Shown here: positions 47,113-58,305 of the stretch, piece by piece | Layout: every line of letters begins with the position of its first letter | Numbering within the stretch: the stretch's first letter is position 1 | The notes under the pieces: model-generated | What the model was told of the DNA's origin: nothing | Database searches by the model: none | Seen by the model: only the letters and a program-made list of their open reading frames with translations | Assembly (NCBI GenBank): GCA_963800515.1 | Contig: CAWDBC010000007.1 | Coordinates: forward strand, 304,602-368,601 | DNA from: an uncultured Thermoleophilia bacterium | GTDB taxonomy: Bacteria > Actinomycetota > Thermoleophilia > Gaiellales > F1-60-MAGs149 | Direction of reading: 5' to 3' | Length of the DNA: 64,000 nt | Made by a program: the position numbers and the translations under genes

Positions 47113-47231
47113 GGCGACCGAGAGTACCGGCCGGGCGCCCGGCGTGACGGTCGTCGAGCGCTCCTCCGTTACCATGTGGCTCGTTTCCGGGCGCCCGCGG
47201 GCGCCCGCTCCGTTCCCGACCGAGGACCTCC

Positions 47232-48497
47232 ATGGCAGCGTACGACGGCGACGCGCAGACGCGCGAGATGATCTTCACGTCCGAGTCGGTGACCGAGGGC
47301 CATCCGGACAAGATCGCCGATCAGGTGTCCGACGCCGTCCTCGACGCGGTCCTCGCGCAGGACGCCCAGGGGCGCGTCGCGTGCGAGACGATGATCACGA
47401 CCGGGCTCGTCGTGATCGCCGGCGAGATCTCCACGGACTGCTACGTCGACATCCCCCGCCTCGTGCGGGAGACGATCGCGGGGATCGGCTACGACCGCGC
47501 GAAGTACGGGTTCGACGCGCACACCGCCGGCGTCATCGTCTCGTTGGACGAGCAGTCCTCGGACATCGCCCGTGGCGTCGACCAGGCCTACGAGGCGCAG
47601 CACGACCGCCACGCGGACGCCGAGCTCGACCGCCAGGGGGCCGGCGACCAGGGGATGATGTTCGGCTACGCCTGCCGGGAGACCGACGAGCTGATGCCGC
47701 TGCCGATCACGCTCGCCCACCGGATGGCGGAGCGGCTGGCCGAGGTCAGGAAGGACGGGACGCTCCCCTACCTCCGGCCGGACGGCAAGACGCAGGTGAC
47801 CGTCCGCTACGAGGAGGACGCGCACGGGCGGCTCGTACCGGGGGACGTCGAGCGCGTCGTCATCTCCACCCAGCACGCCGAGGACGCCCCGATCGAGACG
47901 AGGATCAAGCCCGACCTGATCGAGCACGTGATCCTCCCGGTCCTCGGCGACCGCGTCGACCCGGCGCGCGTCCGACGCGCCGACTTCGCGCTCGTCAACC
48001 CGACGGGCAAGTTCGTGATCGGCGGCCCGCAGGGGGACTGCGGACTGACGGGGCGGAAGATCATCGTCGACACCTACGGCGGGATGGCCCGCCACGGCGG
48101 CGGCGCGTTCTCGGGCAAGGATCCGTCCAAGGTCGACCGATCGGGCGCCTACGCCGCCCGCTGGGTGGCGAAGAACGTCGTCGCCGCCGGCCTGGCCGAC
48201 CGCTGCGAGCTCCAGGTCGCCTACGCGATCGGCGTCGCGCATCCGGTCTCCCTGATGGTGGAGACGTTCGGGACCGAGCGGGTGCCGGTCGCCGAGATCG
48301 AGGCCGCGATCGCCTCGGTCTTCGACCTCCGGCCGGCGGCCATCCTCCGGGACCTCGACCTGCGCCGGCCGATCTACTCGCCGACCGCGGCCTACGGCCA
48401 CTTCGGCCGGCGGAGCGCCGACGGCTTCACCTGGGAGCGGCCCGACCGCGTCGACGCCCTCCGCGCCGCGGTGCCGACGCTGACCGCGGCCGTCTGA
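47232..48497 (+). CDS. metK: S-adenosylmethionine synthetase
   Basis: [28 protein letters not shown]. Confidence 0.98.
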   Translation: MAAYDGDAQTREMIFTSESVTEGHPDKIADQVSDAVLDAVLAQDAQGRVACETMITTGLVVIAGEISTDCYVDIPRLVRETIAGIGYDRAKYGFDAHTAGVIVSLDEQSSDIARGVDQAYEAQHDRHADAELDRQGAGDQGMMFGYACRETDELMPLPITLAHRMAERLAEVRKDGTLPYLRPDGKTQVTVRYEEDAHGRLVPGDVERVVISTQHAEDAPIETRIKPDLIEHVILPVLGDRVDPARVRRADFALVNPTGKFVIGGPQGDCGLTGRKIIVDTYGGMARHGGGAFSGKDPSKVDRSGAYAARWVAKNVVAAGLADRCELQVAYAIGVAHPVSLMVETFGTERVPVAEIEAAIASVFDLRPAAILRDLDLRRPIYSPTAAYGHFGRRSADGFTWERPDRVDALRAAVPTLTAAV

Positions 48498-48498
48498 C

Positions 48499-49281
48499 CT
48501 ACGACGCGGCGGTGATCTGGACGCTCGCCGGCTGGGCGAGCAGCTGGCCGCTGGGCGAGAGGACGGCGATCCGGTGGGCGCCGCCGGGGGTGCCGGGCGG
48601 CACCCGCACGGCGGCGGTGAAGACGCCGAGGCTCTTGATCCGCCGGTTGATCAGCGTCCGCTCCGTCGCCGAGCCCGGATCCCAGACGACGCGGATCGTC
48701 GAGTGCGGCGTGAAGCCGCCGCCGGCGATGGCGAGCATGCTGCCGACCGCCGTCGCCTCCGGCAGGGTCCAGAGCTCGGCCCGATTGCCGTAGCGGATCT
48801 GCACGGTGCTCCGACCGATCCGGCGCCCCGTCCCCGTGTCGAGCGCCGTCAGCCCGTGCTTGCCGGCTGTCGTGCCGCGGGGGATCAGGGCCCGGATCCT
48901 GAAGGCGCCGTCCACGGAGCTCGTCGCCCGGCCGATCTGCGTCCGGTCGAGGAGCAGCTGGATCTCCGTCGAGTCGGTCGCCCGGGAGCCGGTCATCTGG
49001 ATCTGCATCCCGGGCCAGGCGATCAGCTCGCGCAGCGGCCCGACCGCCGCAGCGTCTCCACCGAGGGTGATGTCGACGCGTGCGTTGCGGTCGTGGGGGA
49101 AGAAGGACCAGACCACGATCGCGGAGACGGCGGCCGCCACGCAGGCGAGCACCCACGAGGCGGTCCGTCCCCGGCGCGACCGTTCGGCGAGCAGCATCTC
49201 GAACCAGCTCCGGAGGCGGGACGGACGTTCGGGCACCGCCGCCGCGCCCGGCTCGGCCGAGCTTCCGCGATCCGGCTCCAC
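48499..49281 (-). CDS. Membrane-anchored hypothetical protein with two Ig-like beta domains
   Basis: TM WVLACVAAAVSAIVVW; repeated G.F...(L/V)(I/V)P.GT..G.H pattern; TACGAT 6 nt before the GTG. Confidence 0.65.
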   Translation of the reverse strand: MEPDRGSSAEPGAAAVPERPSRLRSWFEMLLAERSRRGRTASWVLACVAAAVSAIVVWSFFPHDRNARVDITLGGDAAAVGPLRELIAWPGMQIQMTGSRATDSTEIQLLLDRTQIGRATSSVDGAFRIRALIPRGTTAGKHGLTALDTGTGRRIGRSTVQIRYGNRAELWTLPEATAVGSMLAIAGGGFTPHSTIRVVWDPGSATERTLINRRIKSLGVFTAAVRVPPGTPGGAHRIAVLSPSGQLLAQPASVQITAAS

Positions 49282-49474
49282 GGGAACATCGTAGTCGCCG
49301 CGGTCACGTCCGGAAACGGGCTACGGGATCGGCTGCAGATCGCCCGCCCGGGCGATGGCGGACCCGTCGGGCAACCCCGCCCGTCCATCCTGCCCCCCGG
49401 CCAGGGCGAACGGAGGACCGGGATCACGCGGCGTGATGATGAGGGACCCGCCTGCCCCGGTCGATAGCACTGGC

Positions 49475-50416
49475 ATGAAGCGACGACTCCCCCTCGCCGG
49501 CGCCATCCTCTTCGGCGTGCTCTCGATGGCGCCGTCGGCGGCCTTCGGCTCGTACCTCCTCGACCGCGACGCATCGAACGTCACGCTCCGCGTCAACAAG
49601 GCCGGCACGGCCCAGGTGTCGTACACGACGAACGGCGTCCGGGACCGCGTCCTCCTCTGGGGGGCGATCAACACGAGCGGCACCGGCCAGGAGGGCCAGG
49701 AGTTCTCGATCGACCGCTCGAACGGCTGGAAGTCGAAGCGGAACGACCCGAAGAAGGCGCTCCCGAACGGCTGCAGCCCGTACGACGGGACCGACCACCT
49801 GCCGTTCCTCGCCGCGCCGATCTGCAAGGCGCCGGACGGCACCTACTGGGCCGTCCAGTCCTACCAGTACACGTCGTCGCCGAGCATGAACTACGGCGCG
49901 AAGATCGGCGACCGGAAGTACCCCTACCAGCTGCGCGTCGCCCACTGGTCGGGTCCCATCGCGACCATCCAGGCGCGGGCCAACTGGAGCTACGCCGGCC
50001 GCTACCAGCACCTCTTCGGCCTCGTCCAGTACCAGGGCAAGGGCGTCTTCGGCTTCAAGCACAAGCTCAACGGCGCGTGCCAGGACCGGTTCTGCCGGAA
50101 CATCGCGATCGACTCCTACGACTCGACCTACGGTCCCGGCTGGCACCGGGCGAACGCGATCCTCGTCAACGCTCCGAACGGGCAATGGTGCTTCGGGCTG
50201 ACGAAGAAGGGCACGTCCGGAGGCGCCGCCACGACGGGCGCCTCGAAGGTCGGCAAGTACCGCGTCTACCTCTCCGGCCCCGGCGTCACCCCGGACCCCA
50301 TGCTCACGATCCAGGGCCCGGGCGGGGCCTACGACCCGTCGCTCCAGCAGCAGATGGCCGACATCCAGGTCCAGTGGTCGGGCGGCGGCAGCAACAAGTG
50401 CGCCGACGTCAAGTGA
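49475..50416 (+). CDS. Secreted hypothetical protein (aromatic- and Cys-rich)
   Basis: Signal peptide MKRRLPLAGAILFGVLSMAPSAAFG; strong codon bias; 6 Cys. Confidence 0.8.
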   Translation: MKRRLPLAGAILFGVLSMAPSAAFGSYLLDRDASNVTLRVNKAGTAQVSYTTNGVRDRVLLWGAINTSGTGQEGQEFSIDRSNGWKSKRNDPKKALPNGCSPYDGTDHLPFLAAPICKAPDGTYWAVQSYQYTSSPSMNYGAKIGDRKYPYQLRVAHWSGPIATIQARANWSYAGRYQHLFGLVQYQGKGVFGFKHKLNGACQDRFCRNIAIDSYDSTYGPGWHRANAILVNAPNGQWCFGLTKKGTSGGAATTGASKVGKYRVYLSGPGVTPDPMLTIQGPGGAYDPSLQQQMADIQVQWSGGGSNKCADVK

Positions 50417-50491
50417 GCTGAGCCCGGGCTCCACGCGGCGCGCCGCCGCCGCTCGGCGCGGCCCGCGGCGACGGCCTCGTACGATCGGCGG

Positions 50492-52636
50492 GTGGCGACC
50501 GGCTCGGATGCTTCCCCACGCGTCGCCGTCGACGTCGTCGTCCTCGTCACCACCCGGGGCCTCGCCCGGCCGCTGACGTACCTCCTGCCGGCCGGAGCGA
50601 CGGTCGGTGACGTCGTCCTCGCGAGCGTCCGCGGGCGTCCCACCCGCGGCGTGGTCGTCGCGGTCCCGAGCGCGAGCCCCGGCCGCGACGGCCTGGAGCC
50701 GGCCGAGCCCACGGGCGAGCGCGTGCCCGCCGACCTCGTCCGCCTCGCCCTGCGGATCGCCGACCGCTACGGCACGACGCCGGCCCGCGCCCTCGCGCTG
50801 GTCGTCGCGCCCCGCGGGATCGTGCGACCACAGCCGTGGCTCCGCCTCGCGGCCGGCGCCGATCCCGGCTCGATCCGGGGTGCGCGCCGGCGTGCGTTGA
50901 CCGAGCTCCTGGCGTCGGGCCCGCTTCCGGTCGTCGAGGCCCGGCGGCTGAGCGGGGCCGGCGCCGCGGCCGTGCGGGCGCTCGTCGCCGAGGGCGTGCT
51001 CGAGGAGGCAGACGAGGCCGCCGGGGCCGGGGCTCCGACGCTGCCGCCGACGGAGGCGCAGGAGCGGGCGATCGCCCGCCTCCGCGCCGAGATCGACGCC
51101 GCGCGCGCCACCCGGTCGGCGCGGCCGCTCCTCCTCTTCGGGGTCACGGGCTCGGGCAAGACGGAGGTCTTCCTGCGGGGGATCGAGCACTGCCTCGCGA
51201 GCGGCCGGGGGGTCATCGTCCTCGTCCCCGAGATCGCGCTCGCTCCGCAGACGGCGGCGCGGATCGAGGAGCGGTTCCCCGGCCGGGTGGCCGTGCTCCA
51301 CTCGGCCCAGGCGGCGGGGATGCGGGCCACCGAGTACGACCGCATCGCCTCCGGGCGGGCGGGGATCGTCGTCGGCCCCCGCTCGGCCGTCTTCGCCCCG
51401 ATCGCCGAGCTCGGCCTGATCGTCGTCGACGAGGAGCACGAGCAGGCTTACAAGCAGGACTCGGAGCCGAGGTACGACGCCCGTTCGGTGGCGCTCCTCC
51501 GGGCCGGCGACCACGGGGCGGCGGTCGTCTTCGCGTCGGCGACCCCGAGGCCCGAGACCTGGAGGGCGATGGAGCGCGTCGAGCTGCCCGAGCGGATCGG
51601 CGGCTCGCTGCCCCGCGTCCGGGTGGTCGACCTGCGGCTGGACGACCGCTACCCGCTGACGGGTCCGCTCACCCAGGCGCTCGGCGCGATCGAACGGGAC
51701 GGCGGGCGGGCGATGCTCCTCCTCAACCGCCGGGGGGCCGCGCCGGCCCTCCACTGTCGCCACTGCGGCCACCGGTTCCGCTGCCCGCGCTGCGACGTCG
51801 CGCTGACGCTCCACGCCGGTCCCGAGCGGCTGGAGTGCCACCACTGCGGCCGTCGCGAGCGCGCGCCGCACGCGTGCCCGGTGTGCGGCGCGGTCGACAT
51901 CGCCCGCCTCGGCGCCGGCACCGAGCGGCTGGAGGAGCTCGTGGCCGAGCGCTTCCCGCGGCTCGACGTGATCCGCCTCGACGCCGACGTGTCCGCGCGC
52001 GCGGGCGGGCTCGAGGACGCCCTCGGCCGGTTCGCGGCCACGGATCGGGCCGTCCTCGTCGGCACCCAGATGATCGCCAAGGGCCACCACTTCGCCGACG
52101 TCCGGCTGGCCGCGGCGGTCGACGCCGACGCCGGGCTCGCGCTGCCGGACTTCCGGGCCGAGGAGCGGACCTTCGACCTGCTCGTCCAGCTCGCCGGACG
52201 GGCGGGGCGGGAGGGGAAGGGCGCGACGGTCCTCCTGCAAGCGTGGGACCCTGGGGCCAGCGTCGTCGAGCTCGCGGCCACCCACGACGTTCCGACCTTC
52301 CTGGAGCGCGAGCTCGCGCGTCGCGAGCTGCTCGGCTACCCGCCGTTCCGGCGCCTCGTGCGCGTCCTCGCGACCGCGCCGCGGAACGGGGATGCGACGA
52401 CCGTGCTCGTCGAGCTCGCCGGCGAGCTGCGCGCCGCCGCGGGCGCGGAGGTCGAGGTCCTGGGTCCGGTCGGCCTCTTCCGGATCCGCGATCGCGAACG
52501 AGCGCACCTGCTCGTCAAGTGCGAGCGCCCGGCGGCTGTCGGGCGCCTCCTCGGCGCGGCCATCGCGCGGCGGGCGGGGGCGCTCTCGAAGGAGCGGACG
52601 ACGATCGTCGTCGACGTCGACCCGCAGACCCTGTAG
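50492..52636 (+). CDS. priA: Primosomal protein N' (replication restart helicase)
   Basis: GVTGSGKTE, LVPEIAL, VDEEHE, four CxxC, GTQMIAKG, QLAGRAGR, YPPF. Confidence 0.96.
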   Translation: MATGSDASPRVAVDVVVLVTTRGLARPLTYLLPAGATVGDVVLASVRGRPTRGVVVAVPSASPGRDGLEPAEPTGERVPADLVRLALRIADRYGTTPARALALVVAPRGIVRPQPWLRLAAGADPGSIRGARRRALTELLASGPLPVVEARRLSGAGAAAVRALVAEGVLEEADEAAGAGAPTLPPTEAQERAIARLRAEIDAARATRSARPLLLFGVTGSGKTEVFLRGIEHCLASGRGVIVLVPEIALAPQTAARIEERFPGRVAVLHSAQAAGMRATEYDRIASGRAGIVVGPRSAVFAPIAELGLIVVDEEHEQAYKQDSEPRYDARSVALLRAGDHGAAVVFASATPRPETWRAMERVELPERIGGSLPRVRVVDLRLDDRYPLTGPLTQALGAIERDGGRAMLLLNRRGAAPALHCRHCGHRFRCPRCDVALTLHAGPERLECHHCGRRERAPHACPVCGAVDIARLGAGTERLEELVAERFPRLDVIRLDADVSARAGGLEDALGRFAATDRAVLVGTQMIAKGHHFADVRLAAAVDADAGLALPDFRAEERTFDLLVQLAGRAGREGKGATVLLQAWDPGASVVELAATHDVPTFLERELARRELLGYPPFRRLVRVLATAPRNGDATTVLVELAGELRAAAGAEVEVLGPVGLFRIRDRERAHLLVKCERPAAVGRLLGAAIARRAGALSKERTTIVVDVDPQTL

Positions 52637-52801
52637 CCGAGGCGCCGCCAGCGAGGATCGTTCGCACCGTCCCCGGCCTCGGCCGTCGTCCCGTCGACGC
52701 GGCGGTGCCGGGGCGGCCGGATCGGCTCCGATCGGCGCGCCGACCCGGAGCCGACGGCACGCACGCGCTCGCCGGACGGTTTCCGGGATACTGCGGGTCA
52801 G

Positions 52802-53371
52802 ATGGCCCGCCGCACGAAGCAGCTCTCCGAGGAGGAGGAACGCGCCCTCGACCGCGCCCGCCGCGAGGCGGCGTTCGCGCAGATCCGCCAGTACCCCGAC
52901 CCCTGCCTCAAGGAGAGGGCCCGCGCGATCGATGACTTCGACGACGACGTCGCCTCGCTCGCCGCCCGCATGCTCCGCCTGATGGAGGACGCGCACGGCG
53001 CCGGGCTGGCCGCTCCCCAGATCGGCCTGCTCCGGCGGGTCCTGGTCTACCGCCTCGAGGAGGAGGACCCGGTCGTGCTCGTCAACCCGACGGTGACGGA
53101 CGCCAGCGACGAGACGGAGACCACCGACGAGGGCTGCCTCTCGCTCGACCTCCTGATCCGGCGGGACGTCGCGCTGCCCGTCGAGCGGCCGGTCTCGATC
53201 TCGGTCCACGCCTTCGACGTCGGGGGCGACGAGATGGAGTTCGACGCCGACGGCCACGAGGCACGGGTGATCCAGCACGAGATCGACCACCTCGACGGCA
53301 CCCTGATCCTCGATCGGACCGACGAGGAGCACCGCAGGCTCGCCCTGCGCACCCTGCGCGGGGTCGTCTGA
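52802..53371 (+). CDS. def: Peptide deformylase
   Basis: GLAAPQIG, EGCLS, QHEIDHLDG. Confidence 0.96.
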   Translation: MARRTKQLSEEEERALDRARREAAFAQIRQYPDPCLKERARAIDDFDDDVASLAARMLRLMEDAHGAGLAAPQIGLLRRVLVYRLEEEDPVVLVNPTVTDASDETETTDEGCLSLDLLIRRDVALPVERPVSISVHAFDVGGDEMEFDADGHEARVIQHEIDHLDGTLILDRTDEEHRRLALRTLRGVV

Positions 53372-53411
53372 TCGCCGGCCGGCCCGACGCCGCCGGCGGC
53401 CCGCGGACGGA

Positions 53412-54341
53412 GTGACGCCACGCCGCGCTACGCCTTCGCCGGCACGAGCACGTTCGCCTCGCGGGTGCTCGAGGGGCTCCTCGGCGAGGGCCTCGAGATC
53501 GACCTCGTCCTCACCCAACCGGCCCGGCCGGCCGGACGCCAGCGGGTGCTCGCACCGCCGCCCGTCGCCGTCACCGCCAGCGCCCTGGGGATCCCGACGA
53601 TCCAGCCGGAGGTCGCGGGGGAGGCCCTCGAACCGATCCGGAGCGCCGCCCCGCCTGCGATGGCGATCTGCGGCTACGGCAACCTGATCCCGCCGCCCCT
53701 CCTCGCCGAGCTCCCCTGGCTGAACCTCCACCCGTCGATCCTCCCGCGGTGGCGGGGTGCCGCCCCGATCGAGCACGCCCTCCTCGCCGGCGACGCCGAG
53801 AGCGGGGTCGCGATCCTGCTCCTCGAGGCCGAGCTCGACGCCGGGCCGGTAGTGGAGCAGCACCGGTTCGCGCTCTCCGCCTCGGACGACCGCCGCACGG
53901 TCGAGGACCGGGTCCTCGCCCTCGGGGTGCCGGCCCTCGCGGCCGCCCTCCGCGCCGCGGGCGAGGGGGCGATCCGGGCCGAGCCGCAGCCCCGCGACGG
54001 CGTCACCTACGCCCGCAAGCTCGTCCGCGGCCGACCGTGCCCTCGATCCCGCCGAGTCGATCGCGCTCTCGCTCGGTCGCGTCCGCGCCTTCGCCGGCGG
54101 CCCCCTGGCCTCGATCGAGCTCGGCGGAGCGCCGATCGGCGTCGGCCGGGCGCGCCCCGCCGACGAGCCCGTGGCCCCCGGCGAGGTCGAGGCCCGGCCG
54201 GACGCCGTCGCGATCGGCTTCCTCGACGGGGCGATCGAGGCGACCGAGCTGCAGGCTCCGGGGCGCCGCCCGCTCGACGCGTCGAGCTTCCTCCGCGGCT
54301 ATCGCCGCCCGCTGTCGCCGGCGCGGCGGCTGCCCTGGTGA
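53412..54341 (+). CDS. fmt: Methionyl-tRNA formyltransferase, frameshifts near 53420 and 54030
   Basis: RYAFAGTSTFA, TQP.RP.GR, NLHPSILPRWRGAAPI, LDAGP, TYARKL; C-terminal LQAPGRRPL..SFLRG in another frame. Confidence 0.9.
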
Positions 54342-55726
54342 GCGGTCGGCGCCCGGAGGGGGGCGGGGCCGGCCGCGGTTCTCGCGCCGCCAAGGCGGCC
54401 GGCCAGCGGTCCGGAGCGCCCTCGGCGGGACGGCGCGAGACCCGCGCCGCCGGCGCCCAGCTGATCCCGCGCCTCGTCGCCGAGCGGGTGCTCGCCCGCG
54501 TCGAGGCGGACGACGCCTGGGCGGATCGGGTCTTCCTCGCCGAGGCGCGGCGGGCCAGCCTCCAGGGGCGGGACCGGGCGCTCGCCGCCCGGCTCGCCTA
54601 CGGCACGATCGAGCGGCGCCGGACCCTGGACCACGTGATCGAGGCCGTCGGGCAGCGTCGGGTGGAGGACCTCGACGCGCCGCTTCGCCACGCGATCCGG
54701 CTGGGCGCCTACCAGCTCCTCTTCTCCGACCGGATCCCGGCCCACGCCGCCGTCTCGACGAGCGTCGACCTCGCCCGGCGCGTGGCGGGAGCGCGGGTCG
54801 CCGGGCTCGCCAACGCGATCCTCCGGCGCGTCGCCACGGAGGGGCCGGCGCTCGTGGCGGCGCTGACGGACGAGACGCCGGCGGACTGCGCCCTCGCCGC
54901 CTCGCTGCCGGACTGGATCGTCGAGCTCTGGTGGGACGGGTACGGCCCGGAGACGGCGCGGGCGCTGGCACGGACGGTGAACGACCCACCGGAGCTGACG
55001 GTGGCCACGCTGGACGGCCTCGCCCCGGGCGCGCGGGAGCGGACGCTCGCCGTCCTCGAACGGGAGGGAGTGGCCTGGCACGGCGATCCGGCCGCCCCGG
55101 CCGCGATCGTGCTCGACGACCCCTTCGACGTCGCCGCGTCGGAGGCGTTCGTCCGGGGGGACGCGATCCCGATGTCGCGGTCCTCCCAGCGCGTGGTCGG
55201 GCTCCTCGACGCCCGCCCCGGCGAGCGCGTCCTCGACGCCTGCGCGGCCCCGGGCGGCAAGGCGGCGCTCCTCGCCTCGACCCTGGGCGGCGCGACCGGC
55301 CTCGTCTGCGTCGAGCGCGACGCCCACCGGGCGAACGCCCTGCGCGAGACCCTGCGCCGGGTCCATGCGAGCGCGGCCGAGATCGTCACCGATGACGCCA
55401 CGGACCTCTCCGGCGACCTCACGGGCTTCGACGCGATCCTCCTCGATGCGCCGTGCTCAGGCCTCGGCACGTTGTCGTCGCGCCCCGATCTGCGCTGGCG
55501 ACGCTCGCCCGCCGACGTGCTCGCGCTGGCGGAGATCCAGGAGCGCCTCCTCGACGCGCTGGCCGGGCGGCTGGCGCCGCACGGGCGGATCGTCTACGCG
55601 GTCTGCACGTTGACGCCCGCCGAGACGACGGGCGTCACGCGCCGCCGCCCGCCGGTGGCGCTCCTCGAATGCTGGCCCCACCACGGCGACGGGGACGGGT
55701 TCTGGGCCGCCCGGATCGAGCCGTAG
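54338..55726 (+). CDS. rsmB: 16S rRNA m5C967 methyltransferase (Sun/RsmB)
   Basis: NusB-like N-domain (LAYGTIERR, GLANAILR), DACAAPGGK, DAPCSGLG, YAVCTL, DGF. Confidence 0.92.
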   Translation: MSGRRPEGGGAGRGSRAAKAAGQRSGAPSAGRRETRAAGAQLIPRLVAERVLARVEADDAWADRVFLAEARRASLQGRDRALAARLAYGTIERRRTLDHVIEAVGQRRVEDLDAPLRHAIRLGAYQLLFSDRIPAHAAVSTSVDLARRVAGARVAGLANAILRRVATEGPALVAALTDETPADCALAASLPDWIVELWWDGYGPETARALARTVNDPPELTVATLDGLAPGARERTLAVLEREGVAWHGDPAAPAAIVLDDPFDVAASEAFVRGDAIPMSRSSQRVVGLLDARPGERVLDACAAPGGKAALLASTLGGATGLVCVERDAHRANALRETLRRVHASAAEIVTDDATDLSGDLTGFDAILLDAPCSGLGTLSSRPDLRWRRSPADVLALAEIQERLLDALAGRLAPHGRIVYAVCTLTPAETTGVTRRRPPVALLECWPHHGDGDGFWAARIEP

Positions 55727-55788
55727 GCGGCCGGCCGGAGGCGCCGCCGGCGCCGTTCCCGGTGGAGGCCCGGCCGCCGCGAGTCGTC

Positions 55789-56511
55789 ATGATGCCCGTC
55801 GTGACCGACGACGCCACCTGGGTGACCGACGTGCAGGTCTGCCCCTCGATCCTCTCCGCCGACTTCGGCGCCTTCCGGAGCCAGGTCGTCGAGCTCCTCG
55901 ACGCCGGGGCGCGGACGTTCCACGTCGACGTGATGGATGGCCACTTCGTCCCCGTCATCACCTTCGGCCACCACGTCGTCGCCGCCCTCGCCGACGTCGT
56001 CCACGACCGCGGCGGCGCGCTCGCCGTCCACATGATGGTGACGGCGCCCGAGCGGTTCGTCGACGACTTCGCCCGCGCCGGCGCGGACGCCCTGACCGTC
56101 CACGTCGAGGCCGTCGCCGGCGGGCACCTGCACCACGCGCTCGCCTCGATCGAGGAGGCGGGGATGGTCCCGGGCGTGACCCTCAACCCGGCGACGCCGG
56201 TCGCCCAGCTCGCCGAGGCGGCCCGGTACGCCCGGAACCTGCTCCTGATGAGCGTCAACCCCGGCTGGGGCGGCCAGTCGTTCCTCCGGGCGAGCCTCCG
56301 CCGCCTCGGCGAGCTGCGCGCCCTGGCGGGACCGGGCGCGGGCGTCGAGGTCGACGGCGGGATCGGGCCGGAGACCGTCGAGTCGGTCTACCGGGCGGGC
56401 GCCAACCGGATGACCGCCGGCTCGGCGATCTACGCGGCGAGCGAGCCCGGCGAGGCGTACCTCGCCCTCGTCGAGCAGGTGCGCGCCGCGGGGGTGCCCT
56501 CCTGGGCATGA
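55789..56511 (+). CDS. rpe: Ribulose-phosphate 3-epimerase
   Basis: [35 protein letters not shown]. Confidence 0.96.
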   Translation: MMPVVTDDATWVTDVQVCPSILSADFGAFRSQVVELLDAGARTFHVDVMDGHFVPVITFGHHVVAALADVVHDRGGALAVHMMVTAPERFVDDFARAGADALTVHVEAVAGGHLHHALASIEEAGMVPGVTLNPATPVAQLAEAARYARNLLLMSVNPGWGGQSFLRASLRRLGELRALAGPGAGVEVDGGIGPETVESVYRAGANRMTAGSAIYAASEPGEAYLALVEQVRAAGVPSWA

Positions 56512-57641
56512 CGGGCGGTCCCGAGCGCGACGCGTCGCTCCTCGCCCGGGCGATCGAGGTCGCCGAGCAGGGCGCCCGGACGGCGGCGCCGAACCCCCTC
56601 GTCGGCTGCGTGCTCGTCCCGCCGCGCGGCGACCTGGTCGAGGGCTGGTGCGCCGGACGGGAGCACGCCGAGGTCGCCGCGCTCCGCGCGGCGGCGGAGC
56701 GGGCGATCGACGTCACCGGCGCGACGGCCTACGTGAGCCTCGAGCCGTGCTCCCACCATGGGCGGACCCCGCCGTGCGCGGACGCGCTGATCGCCGCGGG
56801 GATCGCCCGCGTGGTGACCGCCGCGATCGATCCCAACCCGCTCGTCGCCGGTCGCGGGGTCGAGCGGCTGCGGGCCGCCGGCGTGGCGGTCGAGGTGCTT
56901 CCGGCGTCCCACGCGCTCGCCGTCGCGGCGCGCCGCCAGCAGGCCCCGCACCGGAGCCGGGTCGCGCGCCGGCGCCCGTTCCTGACGCTGAAGCTGGCGG
57001 CCACGCTCGACGGCCACACGGCGAGCCGGACGGGCGACTCCCGCTGGGTCACCGGCGTCCAGGCTCGCTCCCTCGTCCACGAGTGGCGGGCACGCTCCTC
57101 CGCGGTGCTCGTCGGGATCGGGACGGCGCTCGCCGACGACCCGTCCCTGACGCCGCGTGACGTCGACCCGCCGGCCACGCGCCGGCCGGTCCGCGTCGTC
57201 GCCGACCGCCGCGCCCGCCTGCCGCTCGCCTCCGTCCTCGTGCGCACGAGCTCGGAGGCGGAGACGATCTCGCTCGTCGCCCCGGACGCGCCCGCCGCCC
57301 GGCGCCGGCACCTGGAGGCGGCGGGGGTCGAGACGCTCGCCGTGCGCTCCCTCGACGAGGCCCTGGCCGAGCTCGCGCGCCGCGATCTGACGAGCGTCCT
57401 CTGCGAGGGCGGGCGCACCCTCGCGACCGGCCTCCTCGCCGCCGGCCTCGTCGACCGGGTGGCGCTCTTCCAGGCCCCGCTCCTGCTCGCGGACGAGCGC
57501 GCGCCGGGCGTCCTCGCGACGCTGCCGGAACCTCCCGTCCGGATCGTCGACGCGCGCGCCCTGACCGGCGTCGAGGCGCGCATGGTCGGCGACGACGTGC
57601 TGGTGTCCGGGTACGTCCACGATCCCGCCGCCGAGGGCTGA
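56508..57641 (+). CDS. ribD: Bifunctional pyrimidine deaminase/reductase RibD
   Basis: [36 protein letters not shown]. Confidence 0.96.
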   Translation: MTGGPERDASLLARAIEVAEQGARTAAPNPLVGCVLVPPRGDLVEGWCAGREHAEVAALRAAAERAIDVTGATAYVSLEPCSHHGRTPPCADALIAAGIARVVTAAIDPNPLVAGRGVERLRAAGVAVEVLPASHALAVAARRQQAPHRSRVARRRPFLTLKLAATLDGHTASRTGDSRWVTGVQARSLVHEWRARSSAVLVGIGTALADDPSLTPRDVDPPATRRPVRVVADRRARLPLASVLVRTSSEAETISLVAPDAPAARRRHLEAAGVETLAVRSLDEALAELARRDLTSVLCEGGRTLATGLLAAGLVDRVALFQAPLLLADERAPGVLATLPEPPVRIVDARALTGVEARMVGDDVLVSGYVHDPAAEG

Positions 57642-57644
57642 CCG

Positions 57645-58238
57645 CTGTTCACCGGGATCATCCAGGAGGTGGGGACGGTGGTCGGGACGGAGCCGCGGCC
57701 GAACGGCGCCTGGCTCCGGCTCCGGATCCCGGCGACGGCGCCCGCCGTCGGGCTGGGGGACTCCGTGAACGTCGACGGCGCCTGCCTGACCGCCGTCCGG
57801 ATCGCGGGCGACGAGGCCGACTTCGAGGCGATGGGGGAGACCCTGGCGCGGACGACGCTCGGTGCCCTGCAACCCGGCGACCGCGTCAACGTCGAGCCGG
57901 CCCTCCGGGTCGGCGACCGGCTCGGCGGCCACAACGTCCAGGGGCACGTCGACGGCGTCGGCGTCGCTCGCGCCGTGCGCGAGGACGGGATCGCGCTCGT
58001 CCTCGAGCTCGAGGTGCCCGGCGACCTCGAGCGGTACGTCGTCGAGAAGGGCTCGATCGCGGTCGCCGGCGTCTCGCTGACGGTCGCGCGCGAGACCGAG
58101 GGCGGACTCGAGCTGTGGCTGATCCCGCACACGCGGGCCGCGACCACGCTGGGGGCGGTCGCGGTCGGAGCGCGCGTCAACCTCGAGGTCGACATCCTCG
58201 CCAAGTACGTCGAGCGGCTGCTCGCGGCCCGTGCCTAG
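57645..58238 (+). CDS. ribE: Riboflavin synthase (alpha chain), CTG start
   Basis: CTG-TTC-ACC-GGG-ATC = (M)FTGIIQE; GDSV.VDGACLT, GGH.VQGHVDG, KGSIAV.GVSLTV, VNLEVD. Confidence 0.95.
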   Translation: MFTGIIQEVGTVVGTEPRPNGAWLRLRIPATAPAVGLGDSVNVDGACLTAVRIAGDEADFEAMGETLARTTLGALQPGDRVNVEPALRVGDRLGGHNVQGHVDGVGVARAVREDGIALVLELEVPGDLERYVVEKGSIAVAGVSLTVARETEGGLELWLIPHTRAATTLGAVAVGARVNLEVDILAKYVERLLAARA

Positions 58239-58305
58239 CGGCCGGTCGGCCTCGGCGCCGGTGCTAGGGTCCGCGGTCGTACCGACGATGGTTCGAGAGG
58301 GATAC

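Noticed and set aside
47113..47231. SAM riboswitch upstream of metK
   Set aside because: Spacer is only about 120 bp, shared with a divergent gene, and lacks recognisable SAM-I/IV motifs
53465..55726. Apparent Fmt-RsmB fusion (753 aa)
   Set aside because: Caused by an indel near 54030; the true Fmt C-terminus continues in another frame to a GTGA overlap at 54338-54341
56400..56520. FMN riboswitch upstream of ribD
   Set aside because: ribD overlaps the rpe stop (ATGA); no space and no RFN motif seen
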